From positions 5,292-69,291 of IMG/VR virus record IMGVR_UViG_3300046007_014300: DNA of 64,000 bases; one strand, given 5' to 3'. Source of the DNA: a virus. Of this stretch, positions 58,438 to 64,000 are shown in pieces. Both the position numbers and the translations under genes were made by a program. Below the pieces are notes generated by a model. That model worked only from the letters and a program-made list of their open reading frames with translations, did not search any database and was not told the DNA's origin. The first letter of the stretch is position 1; every line of letters starts with the position of its first letter.

Positions 58438-59304
58438 TCAATCGAGGAGCCCGATGCTGACGCGGAACCCTTCGCCCACATAATGGATTTCGACGGAGAA
58501 TTCCAGCAGAATCTTGCGTAGGGCATCGTCGCTGCAAGCTTCCAAGGTGGCCGGATCCCGAAGCAGGCAGTCGTAAACCGTCGACGCATCGCTGGAGGCA
58601 CTGGGCGTCAAGGCAACAATCTGATCACGCAGTTGGCAGATCGCCACCCCCAGGGCAACAACCCCCTCGGTTTGCAGGGCCTGTAGCCGGGCCAGCTGAT
58701 CTCGGCACACCTGCAGCTCGTAGCAGTCGCTCTCGGATTGCTGCACAGCCCATTCCTTGGCTAGCTGTGCCATGCGAGGGGCCGCTCGCCGGGTCAGCGC
58801 TGCGATCGTTGCCTTGCGCAACGCCTCCTCTTCCAGCTGGGCCCCGTGGCACGGGCAGCCGACGCGGCTGCATTTGTAGTTGCGCGCCCGGCTGTCCCAG
58901 CGGAACTGGCTTGAGCAGCCGCTGCACACAATGAGCCGAGAAAAAAGGCGGCATTCATCCCGGCGGGGCTGATGGCCGCGGATGTAAAGCAGCCGTTTGA
59001 GGATTCGCCATTCTGACCGTGAGATCAAGCACGGGCCATGGCCCCATTCAACCGTGGCCCATTGAAGGGAACGATGCACTCGATGCCCGTTGCCACCCCG
59101 AAGGGTTGGGTTCGTAATCCATCTGCTGAACCCTTTTCGTGTCGGTATCCAAGGAAATGCAATCGGCAAAGCCCTTGTAATTGCTGAATACGTGAGTTCG
59201 GACTGAATTGCCAATTCAACCAACAGCCTTGCATGGCGCCAGTTGGATTCGCAGCGCTGTATCCGTCCGTTGCTGTAGCTAAAACCAAACGGTACTCGTC
59301 GCAT
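58438..59304 (-). CDS. Large serine recombinase C-terminal part (recombinase + Zn-ribbon + coiled coil), no catalytic domain
   Basis: Begins at VPFGF; NPTLRG, H..LIS..W, CSGC...YKC....C. Confidence 0.7.
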   Translation of the reverse strand: MRRVPFGFSYSNGRIQRCESNWRHARLLVELAIQSELTYSAITRALPIAFPWIPTRKGFSRWITNPTLRGGNGHRVHRSLQWATVEWGHGPCLISRSEWRILKRLLYIRGHQPRRDECRLFSRLIVCSGCSSQFRWDSRARNYKCSRVGCPCHGAQLEEEALRKATIAALTRRAAPRMAQLAKEWAVQQSESDCYELQVCRDQLARLQALQTEGVVALGVAICQLRDQIVALTPSASSDASTVYDCLLRDPATLEACSDDALRKILLEFSVEIHYVGEGFRVSIGLLD

Positions 59305-59405
59305 CGGCCAATAAGGATCCTTCCTTGTACGGCGTCAAACACCAGTCTGCGCCTGGACCCAACTGGGTAAACTGGTTAACAGATTACACAGATAAGCTTT
59401 TCAAA

Positions 59406-60107
59406 ATGGCCGCCAAACGCCCTGCCGCCGCTGGTCAGCTGGCTCCCATTGCTAGGCCGGTGGAGGACGCAGAAACCAGTCCCAGAGCGCGAGTTGTCAC
59501 CCTGGCCGAGCTGACGCCAGACCCAAAGAACGCCCGGCGGCGCACGGAGCGCTCCCACGGGATGCTGTCCCGGTCAATCTCCGACTTCGGTGCGGCCCGC
59601 TCGATCGTGGTCGATGAGAACGGGGTGGTGCTTTGTGGCAACGGCACGGTGGAGGCCGCGGCGATCCACGGCATCAACCGGGTGCTTGTGATTCCGACTG
59701 ACGGCAACACCCTGGTGGCGGTGCAGCGGACCGATCTGAGCCCAACTGCAAAAACAGGCCTTGCCCTGGCGGACAACCGCAGCAGCGACACTTCGGAGTT
59801 TTCCGGGCGGATGCTGGCCGAGCTGATGGAGTCCGACCAGATGCTCGACATCAGCCCCTGGTTCACCGAAGACGAGTTCTCGGCCCTGCTGAAGGCTGAT
59901 GAGGTGGAGCCCCCCCTGCCTCCCGAGGAGCCGGCGGCAAAGTCAGGCCTGCAGATCACGATCGCTTTCGACGATCAGGAGGCCTTTGACCGCTTTGGGT
60001 CGCTGCTGGTCCAGCTGGCCGCCAGCCTGCCGGAGCTGGACGAGCTATCGGAGCGGCTGGCTCTGGTGATCGAGGAGCACCTCAACCGGCGAGACCGGCG
60101 AGGCTGA
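59406..60107 (+). CDS. ParB-like N-terminal domain protein
   Basis: LTPDPKNAR, SISDFGAARSIVVDENGVVLCGNG, LALADNR. Confidence 0.8.
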   Translation: MAAKRPAAAGQLAPIARPVEDAETSPRARVVTLAELTPDPKNARRRTERSHGMLSRSISDFGAARSIVVDENGVVLCGNGTVEAAAIHGINRVLVIPTDGNTLVAVQRTDLSPTAKTGLALADNRSSDTSEFSGRMLAELMESDQMLDISPWFTEDEFSALLKADEVEPPLPPEEPAAKSGLQITIAFDDQEAFDRFGSLLVQLAASLPELDELSERLALVIEEHLNRRDRRG

Positions 60108-60209
60108 GGTCCGCCTGCAGGCCCTGCAGATTTGAGCACCACCTGCAGGCCCTCCGAGTGGTGTGGCGTCAGCCCCAACCCGGCAGAATGAGCAACTGGC
60201 AATAACGCT

Positions 60210-62408
60210 GTGCCGCAGGGCCTTTTGGAACTTGAGGCCCGGCTGGCCCGGCTGGATGCCAAGGCCAAGCAAGCGGCCCCCGGGCAAATCGGTCTCGACT
60301 TTGGGTCCACGCCCGCACCACCGGCCGCCGCCGGTGCGGGGCGCCCGGGCAAGCCCTGCGGTGATGGCCACATCAGCGCGGGCTATTCCTGCCACAAGAA
60401 TGGCGGCGACGCCCCCCAGGGGCCAGCGGCTGGCGACACCTTCACATCGGATGAAGCCATTGCCCTGACGGTGTTGGCCAACAAGAAGCTGCGCAGCGAC
60501 AAGGCCAGAAACAAGGCCATGATCGATCTGGGTGTCAGGCCAGATACGGATTTCGTCGCCCTGGTCTTGGCGGCACGGGAAAAGCTGGGCGGGCCCGGCT
60601 GGTGGCAGGACGAAAGCGGGTGGAAGGACAAACTGCAGCGCTTTGCAGCTGCTGCAGGGATAACGCCCAAAGCCCCCGCCAAGAAGAAGCAGGAGCCAGA
60701 GCTGATCAGCTCGGCCGAGGTGAAAACCTCCGCCGACCAGCTGGCATTTGCCAAACAGCAGCGGGCTGCGGCCCGCAGCGCTGGCGACACCACGGGGGAA
60801 CAGGCCTGGGCTGATTTGCAGCGGGACCTCCAACGCCGCCGCCTGGGGGCGGCCATGGCCGGCAAGCGCCAAAGCCAAACGGGACTCTTCGGGGCCACCG
60901 ATTACGACCAGTCGCTGCCCCTCTTTGGTCGCAAGGATGGTGCCGATCCGGTTCGAGCTGAAATCGCTTCGATCGTCACGGCAGAACTCGAGCGCCAATT
61001 CCGCCAACCAATACAGCTGCTCTCCCTCAACAGCTCCAGGGCCACCGGTGCGGTCACCGGTCGCTTTCGCAGTGGCCAAATGGTCTTCGGCTATCAGATC
61101 AAGGGGGAGCGGGTCAGCTATCAGCCCATCGGCGCCGAGCTGGCGGGGCCCCGGGGTTCGGCGCCGGAGCGGCAGGACGCCATCAGGGGTTGGAGCCCAG
61201 CGCGGTTGCAGGCGTTTCTAGTTACAGCTGCGCGGATGGACAGCCCCAGGCCCGGGCAGCGCCGCTGCGCCACCGGCTATCGCTGCGGCAGCACCTGCAT
61301 CTCCCGCAGCAAACGGTGCGAACTCACCGGCAATGCCCAAGCCCTGGGCCGCCTGGGGGCCCTCGTCACCGGCGGCCAGGGCCAGGCCGTCACCAGGTTG
61401 GGCCGCAAGCTCCATGGGCCCAATGATCGCCCGGCCCAGCTGCTGCAGCGGCGTGATGCCCTCCTGGCCGAAGGCCGTGACCTGCTCTCCCGCCGCCGCG
61501 ACGACGGCAACGGCACCCTCATGGAATTCCCCACCCCAGAGGCGATGCGAGCAATCAGCACCCTGGGGCGCCGCATCCGAGAAGTGGACCGTGAATTGCA
61601 CGAGGCCTCAGGCGAAAACCCCAACCACCGCCGCTGGCAGAAGGGCACCCCGGGCCTCGAAGACGGCCGCACCGGTTTCCCTGCGATGCCCGACAGCCCC
61701 GGGCGCAAGCTCTACCGCGAGCAGCTGATCCAGGAGGCCCTCGCCAAGGGCACAACCGCCGGCAAGGGGGCCGGCGGTCGCAAGGTGGCCATCGTCATGA
61801 TGGGAGGGCCCGCTTCGGGCAAATCAAGCCTCCTGGCCAAGGTGATGGCTGACACCACCGGCTATGTAAAGGTCGATCCTGATGAAGTGAAGGATCGGCT
61901 GCCCGAGTTCGCCTTGGCAGTCGCCAATTCCGACAAGCTGGCCGCGGCGAGAGCCCACGAGGAATCCAGCACCGCCATCGACGAGAAGATCAAGGAGCGG
62001 GCAATTGAGGGCGGCTACAACGTCATGCTCGATGGAACGGGCAAAAACGGCAAGAAGTATCTGGCGATGGTGCAACGCCTCAAGGAACGGGGCTATGAGG
62101 TCCGGGTGATCATGCCCCACATCTCCGTTGCGGAGGGCGTGATGGCCGCTGAAAAGCGCGCCCATCGGTCGGGGCGCTTTGTTCCTTTGGATTTCATCCG
62201 CCAGGCCTATGAGGTGATCCCGCACAACTTCGAGCAGGTGGCCCGCTTAGCGGATTCGGCGGTGCTGGCCGATGCCGAGCCCGATCGTCTGGGGGCCCGA
62301 TCAATGAGCACCATCCAACGGTGGGAGAACGGGCGTATCGTTGAAGAGGACCAATCAAAATCACGCGCCTACAAACAGCAGTTTTTTGGAGGCAAAGCGC
62401 CGCGATGA
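60210..62408 (+). CDS. Two-module leader polyprotein with C-terminal zeta-toxin-like P-loop kinase
   Basis: RLDA...GKPCGDGHISAGYSCHK; beta domain; CATGYRCGSTCISRSKRC; GGPASGKSS, VDPDEVK, HEESS, LDGT, GRFVP. Confidence 0.85.
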   Translation: MPQGLLELEARLARLDAKAKQAAPGQIGLDFGSTPAPPAAAGAGRPGKPCGDGHISAGYSCHKNGGDAPQGPAAGDTFTSDEAIALTVLANKKLRSDKARNKAMIDLGVRPDTDFVALVLAAREKLGGPGWWQDESGWKDKLQRFAAAAGITPKAPAKKKQEPELISSAEVKTSADQLAFAKQQRAAARSAGDTTGEQAWADLQRDLQRRRLGAAMAGKRQSQTGLFGATDYDQSLPLFGRKDGADPVRAEIASIVTAELERQFRQPIQLLSLNSSRATGAVTGRFRSGQMVFGYQIKGERVSYQPIGAELAGPRGSAPERQDAIRGWSPARLQAFLVTAARMDSPRPGQRRCATGYRCGSTCISRSKRCELTGNAQALGRLGALVTGGQGQAVTRLGRKLHGPNDRPAQLLQRRDALLAEGRDLLSRRRDDGNGTLMEFPTPEAMRAISTLGRRIREVDRELHEASGENPNHRRWQKGTPGLEDGRTGFPAMPDSPGRKLYREQLIQEALAKGTTAGKGAGGRKVAIVMMGGPASGKSSLLAKVMADTTGYVKVDPDEVKDRLPEFALAVANSDKLAAARAHEESSTAIDEKIKERAIEGGYNVMLDGTGKNGKKYLAMVQRLKERGYEVRVIMPHISVAEGVMAAEKRAHRSGRFVPLDFIRQAYEVIPHNFEQVARLADSAVLADAEPDRLGARSMSTIQRWENGRIVEEDQSKSRAYKQQFFGGKAPR

Positions 62409-62572
62409 CCAGCAGCACCAGACAGGATCCCAGCGCATCAATTGGAGGCGACACCGCCGCAGACGAGCAACTTGATGCAACGCTGCCAGCGCTGACGGCA
62501 GAAGAGCAGGCCAAATACGAACTGGAGTCGGAAGGGATGCCCGAATGGGACCCTGATTCCCACCTCGGCTGA
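62405..62572 (+). CDS. Small acidic protein coupled to the zeta-like gene
   Basis: 55 aa ORF read manually (MTSSTRQDP...EWDPDSHLG), ATGA overlap; absent from the ORF track. Confidence 0.55.
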   Translation: MTSSTRQDPSASIGGDTAADEQLDATLPALTAEEQAKYELESEGMPEWDPDSHLG

Positions 62573-62687
62573 CCGTTAAAGGCCCAAACAAGGTCACAAA
62601 GGGCGGATTGCCGTACAGGATTCTGTATTTGCTTGCATAGGGCTATAGCACCAAGTGATACTTAAATGGTCATTGCACTACATCCAG

Positions 62688-63071
62688 ATGCTTGTCGGTT
62701 CTGATTTGATGGCCAAGGTCAAGGAGATGGGGGATGTCAGCAAGTCCGATCTTGTTCGGGCTTGTGGCTACGTCTCCACCAAGGCCGATGGTTCCGAGCG
62801 CCTCAATTTCACGGCGTTCTACGAGGCCCTCCTCAATGCCAAGGGTGTGGACTTTGGTGGCGGTGGTGGCAAGGCCGGTGGCGGCAAATCCCCAGGCCGC
62901 AAGCTCAGCTTCGAGACCAAGGTTCAGTTCAATGGCAACCTGATGATCGGCAAGGCCTACACAGCCTTGCTCGATCTGAAGCCCGGCGACGAGTTCGAAA
63001 TCAAGCTCGGGCGAAAATCGATTCGCCTCTTGCCGAAGGGTGACAGCGAGGCAGCAGAAGATCAGGATTGA
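62688..63071 (+). CDS. Cyanobacterial AbrB-like regulator (cyAbrB)
   Basis: LVRACGY, FYEALLNAKG, GRKLSF...VQFNGNLMIGKAYT..LDLKPGDEFEIKLGRK. Confidence 0.92.
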   Translation: MLVGSDLMAKVKEMGDVSKSDLVRACGYVSTKADGSERLNFTAFYEALLNAKGVDFGGGGGKAGGGKSPGRKLSFETKVQFNGNLMIGKAYTALLDLKPGDEFEIKLGRKSIRLLPKGDSEAAEDQD

Positions 63072-63112
63072 TGGTTGCGGCCGGCCCCTGGTCGGCAAGC
63101 GCAGCGAAGGGG

Positions 63113-63138
63113 GCCCTGGTTTGCGCCAGGGCTTTTTT
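63113..63138 (+). terminator. Intrinsic terminator
   Basis: GCCCTGGT-TTGC-GCCAGGGC hairpin followed by T6. Confidence 0.8.
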
Positions 63139-63232
63139 GTGTGCTGGAGGGCCGATTGGGTCGCCGCACCGTTACGGACGTGTTACGCTATGAAGGTAGG
63201 GGAGGGATCCCCTGTACCCGCTGGAAACAACA

Positions 63233-63415
63233 ATGGCCAACACCGCCACCGCCACCGATACCGCCACACTTTTGGACGCAATTGACTCGGCGATGGCTGC
63301 CTACAGCGCCTCGATTGATCGGGGGCTCGCGCTGGCCGGCGAGATGCGGCGCCTGGCCGACACGGTCGATGGCGGGATGGCCGACGCACGGGCCGAGTTC
63401 GACGAGTGGTGGTGA
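63233..63415 (+). CDS. Small hypothetical protein
   Basis: 60 aa helical ORF. Confidence 0.5.
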   Translation: MANTATATDTATLLDAIDSAMAAYSASIDRGLALAGEMRRLADTVDGGMADARAEFDEWW

Positions 63416-63479
63416 CGCCACCCCCCCCCCAGCCCGCCGGGGCCGTCCGGCAACACATCCATCCTCTCACCAGCCAGTT

Positions 63480-63659
63480 ATGCCTGAAAAACGCTTCTTC
63501 CCCATCTCCTGCCGCTCTCTCTACTGCGGTGAAACGACCTGTCCTGCCACCTGCTCCAACCTGCCCGACTTGACCGCCTTCAACGCCTGGAAGCAGCGCA
63601 CTAAGGCAACCCAGCCAGATCCGATCTGGAGCCCCACCTGTTGGCAAGCCGCCGCTTGA
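63480..63659 (+). CDS. Small Cys-rich hypothetical protein
   Basis: ATG at 63480; C-x4-C-x4-C-x3-C. Confidence 0.45.
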   Translation: MPEKRFFPISCRSLYCGETTCPATCSNLPDLTAFNAWKQRTKATQPDPIWSPTCWQAAA

Positions 63660-64000
63660 CCCCTGCCCGCTGGCCCTGACCCTCGGCCAGCCTGCAGCGC
63701 TCAGCTGCTATCCACCATCATTCAGCCATGACCACTACCACCATGCAAGTGACTACCCTTGACAAAATCGTTCAAGCTGCCAACGCTGCCGTAGCTCTTC
63801 GGGGCAGTGGCCAGCTAGCCACAAAGAAATACGCAAAAATGATCGACACCCATTGGGCGGCATATATGTTTGCCAGCGGCAACTATGATTCTGTCGATCT
63901 TTATTTAGGGTTGAGAGCAATTACATCAGCGCGACCATTAGAACATTTTTCGCAGCTTGGGAGCTGCGACTGGCCGGTGCTGGCCGCTTTCATAGGCGGT

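Larger units (their letters stand above)
1..64000. mobile_element. Temperate siphovirus-like cyanophage genome segment (attP form; probably extends beyond the window)
   Basis: Terminase, portal, capsid, lambda-like tail genes, integrase, replication and lysis genes run across the window; no host housekeeping genes seen. Confidence 0.93.

Noticed and set aside
1-64000. HIP1 (GCGATCGC) enrichment
   Set aside because: Some sites are visible (e.g. near 7343 and 26952) but enrichment cannot be judged without counting.

Overview
The whole window is a temperate, lambda-like siphophage of a GC-rich picocyanobacterium (Cyanobium/Synechococcus type, inferred from a cyAbrB gene, a group-2-like sigma factor and a cyanobacterial tRNA(CAT) fragment). 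The tRNA-derived att core at ~47.3 kb has phage genes on both sides, so this looks like attP of an excised or free genome. Modules: terminase (minus strand), DUF1073-type portal, Mu-F-like head protein, DUF2213 protease/scaffold, DUF2184-type capsid, neck and tail genes, a G/GT chaperone pair with a GGGAAAG -1 frameshift, tape measure, M-M'-L-K-I-J tail tip, a reversed tail-fibre cassette, tyrosine integrase, replication gene with an internal iteron array, ERF, M15 endolysin and regulators. The most striking unexplained structure is a family of six dispersed genes (2201, 12126, 13097, 15713, 16870, 60210). They share leader modules (helix ending in R-x-D, QLDLF-like peptide, Cys/His knuckle C-G-x2-[CHF]-I-x5-C in 8 copies, a shared ~45-aa beta domain) fused to unrelated effectors: DUF3560-like, J-domain, ParB-like, protein kinase, LPD1-like metallopeptidase and zeta-toxin kinase. 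The same R-x-D-[AGS] motif is concentrated in the portal tail, the DUF2213 protein and the capsid N-terminus, suggesting a modular system that loads protease-processed effector cargo into the head. All family assignments come from motif recognition by eye; no database searches were run.
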